Part shown: piece by piece, positions 1 through 13,268 of the stretch
How positions within the stretch are numbered: the stretch's first letter is position 1
Layout of the letters: every line of letters starts with the position of its first letter
Source: the human T2T-CHM13v2.0 reference genome, Homo sapiens
Direction: 5' to 3' (one strand)
Assembly (NCBI RefSeq): GCF_009914755.1
Contig: NC_060942.1
Length of the DNA stretch: 64,000 bases
The notes under the pieces: generated by a model
What the model saw: only the letters and a program-made list of their open reading frames with translations
Database searches by the model: none
What the model was told of the DNA's origin: nothing
Program-made: the position numbers and the translations under genes

Positions 1-154
1 TGGATATGGTAGGCATGCGCCTGCAGTCCCAACTACTCAGGTAGCTGAGGTGGGAGATTAACTTGACCCCTGGCAGTCAAGGTTGCAGTGAGCTGTGATC
101 ACACCACTGCACTCCAGCCTGGGTGACAGAGTGAGACACTGTCTCAAAAAAAAA
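1..154 (+). mobile_element. Alu right arm (AluJ-like), cut by the window edge
   Basis: GAGGTGGGAG...GCAGTGAGCTGTGATCACACCACTGCACTCCAGCCTGGGTGACAGAG followed by an A-tail. Confidence 0.9.
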
Positions 155-1311
155 TTTACAGACACCCATACAAAAGAATATTATACAACCCACTACTCCA
201 AAAAAGAAGAAAGGCATTCATTACATACTGACACAAAATAAGATGTACTATTAAGTGACATATGTGACCACTTGTACTAAAAGGTAATATACACACAAAA
301 TTGTTCATAGATGCATAAAATCTCTGGAACACCACACAAAAACCTAGTAAAGCTACTTGCCTTTGAAAAGGCAACTGTATGGCAAAGAACAGACCAGTAA
401 AGAGACTCTTCACTGGGTATCCCTGAATTTTGGATTGCAGTCATGGATTATGTATACAAAAATTCACTATTCCACATGCAGCTGTAGATGTTTTCATGTA
501 CCCTGCCTTGCCTTGCTGTGATATTAAAGTCCATCTAAAGCCTACTGTTTTTCCAGTTCCTCCATAGAGAGGTCTGAGGCTTCTTTCTCCAAGAAGCCCC
601 AGATGTTTCAATGATACCAGAACACTTTTCATTTTTTAATTTTTTTAAGCACACAGTTCCCACAGTTCTGTCTCCTTTCATTGAATGGCATTATAACCTC
701 AGCCCCAACTACTGAATCTTATCTCTAGTAAATCCCCCAAGGCCACACTTCCCTTAAAGTTGACTGATTTTTCTAAGTTTCTAGTACCTGGGCACTTTCT
801 CTCTCAAGATCAACTGTATACATAAGAGAAAACTTTTATATTTTATCCAACATTTTCATCTGTTTACAGTAAGAAGAATGGGCCTAACTTGTGTCTGTGT
901 CATTTTAAGAAATTTAGATAAAGACAGTATAAACAATAACAGCAAACACTGAAGAAAGTATGATCACTGAGAAAAGACTGCTAAACTTGACAGTTCATCC
1001 GGAAGGCCAGTAGGAAGGGAAATGTGAAAAAGAATGGTTAAAAAATATGTTTGCAAAGTTGAAGTCAAGAACAGATAGTGATTAAATGTAGAAAGCAAAA
1101 GTAGATTGCACTTTTAAAAGGTATGGAGGGAAGAGAAATTTCAAATCTTCAAACTGCAGGAAAATACAAAATATTCCCCAAATACCTATGTGAATTTTTA
1201 TTTAGAAAGAAAACCAAAGTTAATTATTTCAACAAAAATACTTTAAATATGATGGTGCTGCCTCATCTAGAACATCTAAGGTCCCACTAGAAATAATATA
1301 AAATCACTGTG

Positions 1312-1618
1312 CAGTCAATCCTCCTTATCTGTGGGTTCCAAATACATGGATTAAACCAACCATGGATAAAAAATATTCAGGAAAAAACTGTGACTGTACT
1401 GAACATGTACAGACTTTTTTCTCATCATTTCTAAAACAATATAGAATAACAACTATTTACATTGTATTAGATATTAAGTAATCTAGAGAGGATTTAAAGA
1501 ATAACAATAAAATGTGCATAAAACAAATTCTACACCATTTTATACAAGGGACTTCAGCGTTCTCATATTCTGGTGCTTGCAGGAGAGTCCCGGAACCAAT
1601 CCTCTGTGGAGACCGAGA
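1312..1618 (-). mobile_element. TcMar-Tigger DNA transposon remnant (Tigger3/MER2-like)
   Basis: Ends resemble the CAGTC..CCCTC..TATCTGTGGGTTCC and GGAACCAATCC..GTGGA.ACCGAG termini. Internal CTGTACTGAACATGTACAGAC and AAGTAATCTAGAG. Confidence 0.7.
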
Positions 1619-2365
1619 TTTTTAGCAATCTATGTTCAAACATACTACAAGGCAGAGAAAAAAACAGCAGCATCAATGACCTGGAATTGTATAACTGTTT
1701 TAGTCAAATAAATAATTCATTAGTAACCAGGATAATAGAAAACCTCAAAAAAATTAAAATACATAAAACCCAATTTTTTAAAAACAGATTTTTCAATTCT
1801 CACTACAACTATGTTCTCTCCAAAGCGTAAGCTAGTAAGGAAAGACACTGCCAACTGGAAACCTAGGTCGGCCCCCATGGAGAATGATGGGTCATGTCTT
1901 TTAAACAAAAGCAAACAGAAAACATTCATGTGTTCAACTTTATGGACTGTCAAACCTAATGCAAGCTTGAATTTAATTCAAGAAAATTATTATTTTAGCA
2001 AAAGTCCACATTAAATAGGGACTGCTGTGTAAAGAGACTACTTATTTTTTTTTTTTTAACTAAGAGTTATATTCCTATCACCTATAATGAGTTTTGTGGA
2101 ATCCACAACTCTATAATCAACTTGTAAACACGTAACTTACATATTGGTTTATCATTCCCAGATTATTAAAAAAAAAAAAAAAGCACCTATGACAACACTA
2201 CACAGGCCCAGACTCAAATCAGCACAAATATAAAGTACAAGTACTCTAATTGCTCTTCAAATTCCCAAAGTCTATCCTGACCCTCTTCTGAAGCAGCAAC
2301 TAATACCACGTCAATTCACGTGAGTGGGGTCCTCAGGCCATAAAAGCTCAATTAAAGCAAAGTCT

Positions 2366-2571
2366 AGAGTAGTGCCACCCAACACAACTTTATACAATGA
2401 TGTAAATGTCCTTGGGTATCTGTGCTGTCTAATACAGTAGCCATCAGCTGCATATGGCTATCTAAATTTAGATTAAGTAAAATTTAACATTCAGTTTCTC
2501 AGTCACAGCAGCCACATTTCAAGTGCTAAATAGCCACATGTGGCTGGCAGCTACCTGTTAAGATAGAGCAG
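2366..2571. mobile_element. hAT-Charlie MITE (MER3/MER33-like)
   Basis: GCTGTCTAATACAGTAGCCA...AGCCACATTTCAAGTGCTAAATAGCCACATGTGGCT. Confidence 0.7.
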
Positions 2572-2924
2572 GTCTACAGCAAAAATTTCTCCAAGACCTA
2601 CTGTTCTTCAGCTGTGCTTCAAAGGCTTCCTGGTGGTGAGGATGAGAGGAAAACTGATCAGGCAGGACTTCAACAACTGCCTATTCTTCCTTCCACAAAA
2701 CAGCTTTACTCCTTTTATCTGTTTTACATTTCGAAATTCTGCATATTTCTCTCTAAAGGCTTTCTAGTTGCTGCTGTGTGTGCAGGTGTGCACATGTTTT
2801 AAGTCTGACTACTACTGGTTTCGAGCAGAAATGGCCAATGCACAACCTCAGGCCAAAGCTGGACCCTCCTGATAACTAAAACATTTTTTAAAAAAAAGTT
2901 TAATTGATCAGCTAACATGAACTA

Positions 2925-3254
<330 letters not shown>

Positions 3255-3442
3255 GAATTTTAAAAGTGGATCTCAATAAGGAAAATTTACATTTACTACC
3301 ACAGATAAAGTATCTCTAGTCAACAAAAGAGTTTCAATAGTTCACTCAAGTCAAGGCAGAAGGCTCACGGGCCCAGCTTCCACTGCATCATTTATGAGGA
3401 TTTTATATAGGAGGCTCTGCAAAAAAGATTTGCCACCCCACA

Positions 3443-3751
3443 TTTTCTTTTTTTTCTTTTTTTTTTTTGAGACGGAGTCTTGCTCTGTCTCCCAGGCTGG
3501 AGAGCAGTCGCGGGATCTCGGCTAACTGCAACCTCGGCCTCCCCGGTTCAAGCAAGTCTCCTACCTCAGCCTCTTGAGCAGCTGGGACTACAGGTACCCG
3601 CCACCACACCCAGCTAATTTTTGCATTTTTAGTAGAGACAAGGTTTCACCATGTTGGCCAGGCTGGTCTCAAACTCCTGACCTCAAAGTGATCCGCCCGC
3701 CTCAGCCTCCCAAAGTGCTGGGATTACAGGCGTGAGCCACTGCCTCCGGCC
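3443..3751 (-). mobile_element. Full-length AluS
   Basis: Poly-T followed by GAGACGGAGTCTTGCTCTG...GTGAGCCACTGCCTCCGGCC. Flanking repeat CCACC(C/T)CACATT. Confidence 0.97.
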
Positions 3752-5809
3752 TCACCACCTCACATTCTGAAATGAAAGACGTGATGAGGATGGAACGTTT
3801 CCTTGATATTTACAAGACCTTAACCATTATGTCTCTACAGAATTTCTGGAAGTAGCTGAAGCAGCATATGAAAATGTAGTTTACTTTTAAACATAGGCAA
3901 ACTATAAGATCACAGATTCACTATGCTACTTCCTCAGATCAAGAGTCTTTTTTGACTTAAGAGACTCAAACTAATGAACAGATGGAATACCAGTGGTTCA
4001 CCCAAGATTATTCCTACTGAATACATTAAATGTGAAACTACATCCCCCTTCCCCACAAAATGAGGGAAGGTATGACACTGTAGATTATTCAAGGAAATGC
4101 AAATTTTTACATTAAGGTAGACACGTGTACTAAACAGAAGCAACTAAAGTCTATCCTCGCTTTCCACTACTCTACAGCCTTGAGGCCAATGTAAAACCAG
4201 ATTTTGAAAAATGACAGGGCTACCTAGGATAATTAGTGACAATTTCACAGTAAATTCACAAACTTTGATAAGAATTAATCACGTCAGAATTTCTATTTTC
4301 TTAAGACTACAAACCTAAAGATACATCAAGCACCTGTCCTATCAATGTGCCTCAGTTACAAATAAGAGGAACCCACTGAGCCAAGGAGAACCACTCACAC
4401 TGTACAATGTGAGGCAAGCACAGAAGACACAGAATTGCCCTAATATTTCTGGCTATCTGACCAAACTAAAGGCAGTGTCTAAATCCACCTGGCTTGGAAA
4501 AATTATATTCTCCCTACATGAAATTGCTGAACTGAAGCTGCGAGCTATCTTTGAGATGTAAATCTAGAATCAACATTGAATTATGTCCTAACTGAATACA
4601 TCACAATTACACCAACCTGAAAAAATGATCAAAATTGATCAATGACAAGCAATAAGCCTCTAACTATGCATTTTTAAACCAAAAAGGCTAGTACTTTTGT
4701 ACTACTGCTAAAAAAAAACCTGATTCTTAAAAACAGCCAAGGCTACATATTACAAGGTCACCAATAATTATCTGATGGTGTAGATGGTTTAAGAAGTAAC
4801 CCTGAGGTAAGGTTACAAGAAAGGGGATCAAAAAAATTATCAGTGCTAATACTGGGCAGAAGTCACATGACAAGAGTCAAGAAACCCTCAACAGAGAGAC
4901 TGGCCAACTATCCACTCTTGCTTTATCCTAGAAATCTCGAGCATACTCTATCTCAAAACACAGTGAAAAGCATACACTACTGTCAAAGCACAAGTGAAAA
5001 TTTATATGATACTCCTGCAGACTGACAAAAAAATTACTTACACCAAAGAAAGGGGTGACATAGGGTGCTACCACACTGAAACAGCCTTTCTTTACTGCTG
5101 GCTACCCTTTCAGCTTGGAATCTGAATGGCTGTCTGAATGGCAAAACAAATGAAAAACATCTTGGTCATAACAGCTACTGTGATCTTTCATGAAATAAGC
5201 CATAAGCTATAGCACAATCTTCAACCCCTTTAAGAACATTTCTTAATCATCCTGAGTGACAATCTAAAGTATATTACGTAGATTATTGCACTCTTAAAAA
5301 GATTTTCCCAAACATGATTTAGGCTAATTGATGAACATTCATTACTATGCTTTCAGGTCTGGTCCTGCACTCAATGGCCCCAGACATGCTAGTCAGGCTT
5401 TGACTATTTTTGTGTCTTGTAGATTATCTCTATTATCCTCACCGAGCTGTTATCTGTTTTTTCTGACAAGAGACACTAGGCTAACATCCTACTCCCCAGC
5501 CCCCACCACACCCCCTCTAAGCCTCCCACAGTACCCATAATCTACTTGTTTCTAATCTAGTGCAGGTTTAGAAGCCAGATAACTTTGCTTGTTAGAAACA
5601 CTTTAAATAAATGCCAACACATTCTTATTAAGGGTCTCCAAGGCTCTCCTAAGCTTTAAGCTATGGACTGGGACAATTTGGCTATCCCAGGCCTTTGTTG
5701 TTCATTGTCTGCTTCTCAAATACATTTTACAATAGGTCCATAATAACAGTGTAGGCAAATCATTTGGATTAGAAAGAGCCCAAGTAACAAACCCACAACT
5801 ACAAGAGAG

Positions 5810-6030
5810 GAAGAAATCATTTGGGAGGACCCTTATATCTCAGGCAATGTTCTAGGTACTTGAATTGTGATCACTGAATAAGAGGAAGGGGTTAGTACTT
5901 CCATTTTGTGTCAGAAAACCAAGGGCCTGGGGTTGGTAGTAAATTGCCCAGTATTGTAACTGAGAAACAAAATATTAGGCTAGGGCTCTCTGATTCCAAA
6001 ACCCAAGGCCTTTCCACTACATGAGACTGC
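5810..6030. mobile_element. MIR fragment
   Basis: CAGGCAATGTTCTAGGTACTT...CCATTTTGTGTCAGAAAACCAAGG...AAATTGCCCAG...CTGATTCCAAAACCCAAGG is MIR-core-like. Confidence 0.55.
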
Positions 6031-6524
6031 TGTCCAATCCTGGGTCTCGGTTTAACTAACTTTTTACACTATTCCCGATCCTTTCACTGAGTTATTCAAC
6101 TCTGCTTTCTTTCCTTAACCAGCTTCTGTAATTAAAGGGCAATAAGTGATCAAATTAAGGTCAGATGAAGCTTAGCTCTACAAGTGTACATCTGTTCAGC
6201 AATAAACATGTTTCTGAAAGACTGGCCGTATCTTCAGTTTGTATAGACTGTGCAAAACTGGTGCCAAGGTCCCCCCAAAATACACAGATTGTTCCCAGTG
6301 ACACTGAGTAACACTTCACATCTTCCCTAGTGCTATCTGCTACATGTTACAGGAAGCAAGGCAAGCTCACTTTAGGAATGGCTCAGTAATGCATGTGCCC
6401 TTGATTTGTACACTAACAACTGTCTTACTCTAAACACTGGAGAATAGGGCAAGGGACATGAGTTTCCACTTTTCTAACTCCATTAAGGAACAGGGGTGTA
6501 CTTGTTTGCTGTTAAGAGACTTTA

Positions 6525-6956
<432 letters not shown>

Positions 6957-9349
6957 TTACGTTTCACATTTTCTGACATACCTTTGGAATACTTAGGGGA
7001 AAACATCTTACCTCTCACAGAAACTAAGGGCCTAAAAATGGCTCTTCTACACCCATCAAAAGACTAAGAATCTAAAAGACATGCCCCCCTCTACCCTCTA
7101 AAAATGACTCTTTGTCCTAAGAATATGAATAAATCTCCATCTGCCAGACTGCACTAAATACAGCTTTTATATGCATTACAAAAACACCTGTATAAAAAAG
7201 CTGCTACAAAACGAGGTTTTTGGAGCCCTAAAGCACAAAACCAACAGAATCAAAACCAAACAAGAACAAGGAAAGACTTTTAAAACTGACAGTATTTGCA
7301 AAATGTAAAAATTCAATAGGTCTTTGGCCAGCGGTTTACACAGCTAAACCGAGTTTTTCCATTGACATATATTCCCCCAAATGTGAAGTAAAGATTATAG
7401 CAACATGATTCTAATATTTACAATGTGAAAATGAAAAGGGGACAACAACCTCTGGCCATCTTGAAGTAGAATAGAAACAACCTTTGTTCCTACTAAAGTT
7501 CTGTTGAAATACCAAAACCATCCCCAATATTCCTACACAAGAGTTAAAACACATACCAAGCCTGATAAGACACAAACAACAGGAAATTACCCTGCACAGT
7601 TTCTTAAAAGACTATTATTTCATGAAACTTACAGACTGTGTAGAGACATGACCACTTATGACTAAGTAAACGTAGGTTACAACCTTGAAAACCCAAACTT
7701 TTGTTGAACACCTACAATGCTTGTGGCCGCACTTTAGAAGGTGTGGCTAAGTATAAAAACCAAGCTCTAAGAGCAATTTCTTACTAAAACCCCAAAATGA
7801 ACGTTTCCAATCACATTACATTAATTAAACCTGGCCAGTGAACAGCCTTGAACTCAATTAAATCCAGCAGAGTTTAATATTTATAGTAAAAGTGGGCACA
7901 CTCTTTAGAAATGCCGAAAGATGTGAACTATTTATATTTACTACGACAGCTAAGTTTACGGCAACGGCTAAGGAACTTTAAAAATAAAAGTATTACTTTT
8001 GAATTTAATATAAACGTTTGCTAAATGACCTTCTGGCAGAGGAAATTCTTTAAATATCTTGTATGGGTTTTCCGAAGGCAAATTTTTTAAATACCCTCAA
8101 ACTATGGTACATTTATGAAGCCCATTTTAAATTACTTCTCCCATCTCTGCTTCATCTGCTTCACTAATTCATGTATTAAAACTGTTGAAACTCCATTTAA
8201 CTATTTGACTAACTTCTCTGTAAGATGGAAACTTTTTAAAGGGTGTTAAAGTAGAATAGCAAATTTTCAGCATAATAAGAGCAAATTTATTACTAGGCTC
8301 AAGGAAAACATCCTATCAGCGATTCATTCATACGAAACTATCAGGTTCAATTCATATGAAGTCAGAAGAGAGAAAAAGAATTTTGGAAATTAAATCACAT
8401 TTCAAAGACCATTTCTAAAAAGATGTAATTATTCCAAGTTATTTATTTATTAACAATTATTTTACACATGTCGTTTTAAAAGTTTCACAAACCCAAATTT
8501 AAGATAGTCCAAATTGCAACAAACAAGACATGACTTTGATGGAAAATGCTGCTTGCAAATTCGTTTTACCTGGAAATTTCTTTTTTAAAGGTATGGTTGA
8601 CAACACACTGGTGGTATTTTGCTTTTAAAGGGTCAAGAGAAAGGAATAACAAAACCAACCCAGGCATTCTTTTTCTGTTTAGGATCAAAAGGACATTTTA
8701 AGGATAAGTAAAAGACAAAAGTACCTGACCCAAAGACAATATCCCCCTCCAAGAGAACAAAGTAAGTTGCAATTTTAAAAACCAAGTTTGAAATACGAGA
8801 AATCACTTCGAGGGCTTTCCAAAGGCGTGTGATAAAAACTAATAGGCTCCACCCGCAGAACAACTTTCACAAGTGAGTGAAGGATGATCACAGAGTTATC
8901 AGCTGTGTGCGTGTTTGTGAGTACACACAAGCCATGGAAAACCCGAGACTACCACTGTTAACAAAGGTTACGAGACCAAAAAAAAAAAGTGGAGGCAAAG
9001 TATTACGCGTCCCTAACAAGGCTTCCCCACAACTCCTGAAACAAGAGCTCTGGCCCTTCGGCTTTAAAAATCAGAACCACAAACTATGGAGTGTGAGAGC
9101 AGCGAGGGGAAGGGACGCAGGCAGCCCCCGCCCCCGTCAGCCTGGGCGGCAGCGCAGTGCAACCGAGCCCCGTCCCTTCCCGGCTCTCCGGCCCCGAACC
9201 CGCACGCCCGGGCCGGCGCACCCACAGCCCCCGAACTCACCACACCCCAGCCCCCACCCGCAGCGGCCATGTGACACGGCCCATCGCCCCGGCCGCGGAC
9301 GCACGCAAACACTTCCCTAGCTGGAGGCCCGCGGGCGCCCAGGCTTTAC

Positions 9350-9650
9350 CTGCAAGGTGGCGCCAGGTCCCGCCCCGTCAGATCCGGGGGGTCCGGGACC
9401 TTTTGTTCCTTCCTCTTCCGATGGGATGGAGGGGGCTGGGAGGGGAAGAGGGGAATGGGCGATTGGAGGCGGAACTGAAAACACTCCCGGCCGCCGTCTT
9501 CCCGCCCCGCCCCCAGGCCCGGGCCCGGCCGGCGGCCCGGGCGCGCGGGAGGGTAGGGGAAGAGAGGGGAGGGGAGGGGAGGAGAGGGAAGGGGAGGGGA
9601 GGGAGCCTGGCCGCCGCCCGCGGGGAAGGAGGGGGTGAGGACGCGCGCGC
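9350..9650 (-). other. SMAD2: SMAD2 non-coding first exon (proximal alternative 5' UTR exon); TSS approximate
   Basis: Minus strand reads ...GGAAGAGGAAGGAACAAAAGGTCCCGGACCCCCCGGATCTGACGGGGCGGGACCTGGCGCCACCTTGCAG|GTAAAG. This matches my recollection of a SMAD2 mRNA leader. Canonical donor at 9349. Confidence 0.88.
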
Positions 9651-9788
9651 CCGCGCTGCCCCTCCTCCCCTCAGGCGCGCGCCCGCAGCCCTACCGGCCG
9701 CCCGCACGGCCGCGCCCTCCCCCGCCAGCCCACCTCCGCTTCCGCCCTCCGCCCTCGGCCGCCGGCCGCCGCGGCGCCACGCACCCAC

Positions 9789-10135
9789 CTCCCGGCGGCT
9801 GGCGGGCTGCTGGCTGGCGAGCTGCTTCTCCGCCGCCGCGGCCGCGCGGGTAGACCCGCCTGCCACCCTGGGCCGCGGGCCCCGCCGATTCGCCGGCGCA
9901 GCCCCGGGGCTGGCACCCTGCCGCCCGCTGATTGGCGCCTCCAGCCGCCCGTTAGGGCGCGAGGCACGCCGGCCGAAAGCCGCGCGGGGCGGGTATGGAA
10001 GACGGAGGGAGCGGAGGAGGAAAGGAACGAGGCCGAGCACCGCGGGAAGGGCCGGGGGGCGAGCGGGGCGCGGGGAGTCGCCGGCCACCGCCTCCCCACC
10101 TCCCTTTGCCTACGGCCCGCCCCGCCTCCCGGCCG
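9789..10135 (-). other. SMAD2: SMAD2 non-coding first exon (distal alternative 5' UTR exon); TSS approximate
   Basis: Minus strand reads CGGCCGGGAGGCGGGGCGGGCCGTAGGCAAAGGGAGG...GAGAAGCAGCTCGCCAGCCAGCAGCCCGCCAGCCGCCGGGAG|GTGGGT. This matches my recollection of the other SMAD2 leader. Donor at 9788. Confidence 0.88.
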
Positions 10136-12724
10136 GACCGGCGGCGCCCGCAGCCAATCAGCACGAGGGAAGCTCGGGGTGTGAGCCGCGCATCGGGGGC
10201 CTCGAATCGGAAGGGAGACGTCGCTCGCTGATTGGTCCCGCCTCCCCAGTCTAGCGTGAGGCGAGGCGGGGCGCGGCCGGGCGGGGCGGGACGCCCGCGG
10301 TTTCGCTTGAGTTGGGCGCCGGCGCGCTCCCACCGGGGCTCACGGGCGGAGAGGGAGAGGCCCGCGCCTTGCCGCGCATTAAGACGATTCCCGGTGACCG
10401 CCCGATCCCTCGCCAGCGTCGTGGGTGGGGCCTGTAGGGGCCTGCCGCCTCGTCCACCGTCCGTCGTGAGGCCGGCAGCGGACACGTGCTCATCCCACGG
10501 GGAGGCCCCGCGCAGCGCGGAGGACGCGCCTGAGAGAGAAAAGGGGTTCGGGAGAAGCCCGAGGACCCGGCCCGTGACTGGGCGCGCCCTATGCAAATGA
10601 GCGGGCGGGGCCCTCGTGTTGCTGAACGAGGGCGGGTTCGCGATGTAAATAAGCCCAGAGGTGGGGTCTTTGGAGAGCACTTAGGGCCCGGGTAGGGGAT
10701 GCCAGGTATAAGTGTTTAACCTAAATTTTGGTTCCGTCTTCAGTAAAAATGATATCAATAATCCATGTCCCGAAGGGTCTTTGTGAAGTCTAAAAGAAAC
10801 ATCTGTCACGATGTCCCTTAATGGCTGGGATATCTTCCCTTCCCCTTTTCTCCACTGTTGCGACGATTAGGCCCCAACTTGCACATCTGCCCTACAGGAG
10901 GCAGCAAGGCCCTAAACTTACGGCTGCCCAGAACATAACTGCACCCAGGGAAAACCTTGTTGCGGTTACCCTTAGGAACACCCAAGCCTCTGCTGACAAA
11001 ATATTGAGCCCAACTAATCACATCAGGTGTTTACTATGCACCCACTGTGACACAGGCAGGGAGTACCGTAGAACTAAAGTTGAAAAGAAACTTAGGTTTC
11101 ACACAGGTGCCAGAGACAAGACTAGAACACAGTTTTTTTTTGGCTGCCTGTCCAGTAATTCATTCTCATGTGTGGCTTAGTTTATAGATTTAATTGGGGA
11201 CTTCAAATAAGCGGGAAAGAAGCACTAGCAATACAAATCGGTAATCAGGAAGTACCAAATGAGCACTCCAAACAGTAAGAGTTTTTGAAGTATACGCTTT
11301 CTTCTGAGAAATGAACGTGTCCCAGAGGAGGGTGCCTTCAGATGGACCTTAAGAGAGATGTGGCCATCCCCTGAGTCATACAAGTTTTCCAGATGTCCTT
11401 TCAAAATCTCTGTCCTTTCCACCGTCTCTGTCCTCACACATAGAGGAACTTTTCTCACGGGAAGGTTGCGATGAAGAGCATAAACCCAGGAGTCAGGCAC
11501 GTTGTAGCTTTGAGTACGACTCTGTTCCAGATCTGTAATCTTTGGCAAATGGAACTCACCTGCAACGATACCTACTTAAATATAGTTGTGTGATGATTAA
11601 ATAATAAATATGAAAGTAAATAACATAGGGCTTTGAAGTTCAAGGAAAGTCAGTGATCATTAACTTCTCTTCTGTTGCGTGCGAACATTTATGCTGAGAC
11701 GAACCTACTCAGCAGAAATTCTTCCTCCAAAAATTCCCTTCCAGGGTGGTTTCTTCCATTGTTAGTTTAGAGGCAGCTCTACTAACCCCTTAATAAAAAT
11801 AAAAAAGTTTGTGAAGGACACCCAGGAAGCCATTTGGTGGAGCTGTCCCACCTCCTCTGCCTTGTTTCCTCTTTCCAGAGCCACTAGGGAGGACGGTCCA
11901 GGGCAAAGGCTGTTCAACTTACAAGTAGGAAGGCTGTTTCTTGTTTTTGGTCTGTCTTCCTGCTAATACAAGTCAACAGTTGTAATATGAAGTAGCATAT
12001 TAAAAGCTACCCTGGTCACACAAGTATTTTCTCCTGTGTGAACAGGGTGTGGATTTGGGTGTCCACCTGAGTAGTAGAAATAGGAACCAAAGCAGGCCTG
12101 GCTGGGATTCCAGAATGTGCTCCTAGTATGGAAGTTAGGTACTTTGAGGTTACATTAATTAAGTGGGTAGTACGCCTGAGGTCTAAGTTAGACCATTTCT
12201 CCAAAGTCTCAGACTTTGGGTCCATAACTCTTCCATTTAGGAAGCCTTCCAGGATCTACAATTGAGGAAGAGGGAGAAGGGACAATCTGGCTACCAATGC
12301 AGTCCCCAAGGGGCTTAGAAATGGGAGCATGCCTACTGTCCCCTCTGCTAGAAATGCATCTAAACCAAAGTGGGTCAAGACAGAAACTGAAGGCACATAG
12401 AGCAGGGATTGCTATGGCAACAAACAGCTTGGAAATCCACTAGGGTACCTCAAGATCTATCAGTAGGTCCCTATTGTATAAATTAGATTGAATGAGTCTT
12501 ATTTTTATATGGATAGAGACCAAGTTTAACCCTTCATTAAACATGACACTGCAAAATCAATTACATCCAAATCAATTCAGAATCCAATTCAAAAGTAGTT
12601 AAGTGCACTGGAAAGACACGAAAGAAAAATGATAATGGTGGTTGCTTCTGGAAAGAGCCTGAGGGTCATAAGTGGAAAATTTAAATTTCATCATTATTTC
12701 TTCTGTAGTTTGATTTTTTTGAAA

Positions 12725-13268
12725 AAGCTCACTGCCTTGGTTCAGACTTCATTGTCTTTCATTGGAAGTACTGCTTTAGCTCCTCAGCTGGTCTTCTTGC
12801 CTCCACTCTTGCTGCCTTCCAATTCATCCTCCTTCCTGCTGCCAGAATTTTTTTTAATAGCATATTTTCTAAATGTAAATCTGATATCACTACCTTGATT
12901 GATAGTTTCCTTCTTCCAGTTTTTTTTTCCCCAGGGTAAAATCAAGACTGTTTAGCATAACCTAAAAGATCCTTAATGATCCATCCCAGGCCAGTCTCTG
13001 TAGTGTCACATCTCAACACTCCCCACCTTGCTCCCTTTTCCCCAGCCAGAATGAACTCCTGACAGTTTCCCTAATCACCATGTTCTCTCGTTCCCCAGTG
13101 CCTATGCTGTGCTCTTTGTTCTGCTAGAAAGCACTTGCCCTATGGTGCCTGACCAACCTCTGCTCATCCTTGGAAGCTCTGTATAGAGCTTCAGTACCCT
13201 CATTTATTCATTGAACTCTCTATCCATACATACAAAGACACACACACACACACACCACACACACACAG
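12725..13268 (+). repeat. Local duplication, copy A (L2-derived, ends in (CA)n)
   Basis: Aligns by eye with 16602-17170 at ~95% identity. Confidence 0.95.

Larger units (their letters stand above)
9100..10690. promoter_or_regulatory. SMAD2: CpG island, TATA-less promoter of SMAD2
   Basis: Very high GC and CpG density over ~1.6 kb against an AT-rich background. Many GC boxes (GGGCGG). CCAAT boxes at 9462, 9931, 10154 and 10231. E-box CACGTG at 10483. Octamer ATGCAAAT at 10591. Confidence 0.95.

Noticed and set aside
8877-10680. Long overlapping ORFs across the CpG island (365, 242, 236 and 220 aa, among others)
   Set aside because: Arg/Pro/Gly/Ala-rich products in several frames on both strands are expected from stop-codon depletion at very high GC. 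Many start at non-ATG codons, and none resembles SMAD2 or any domain I recognise.
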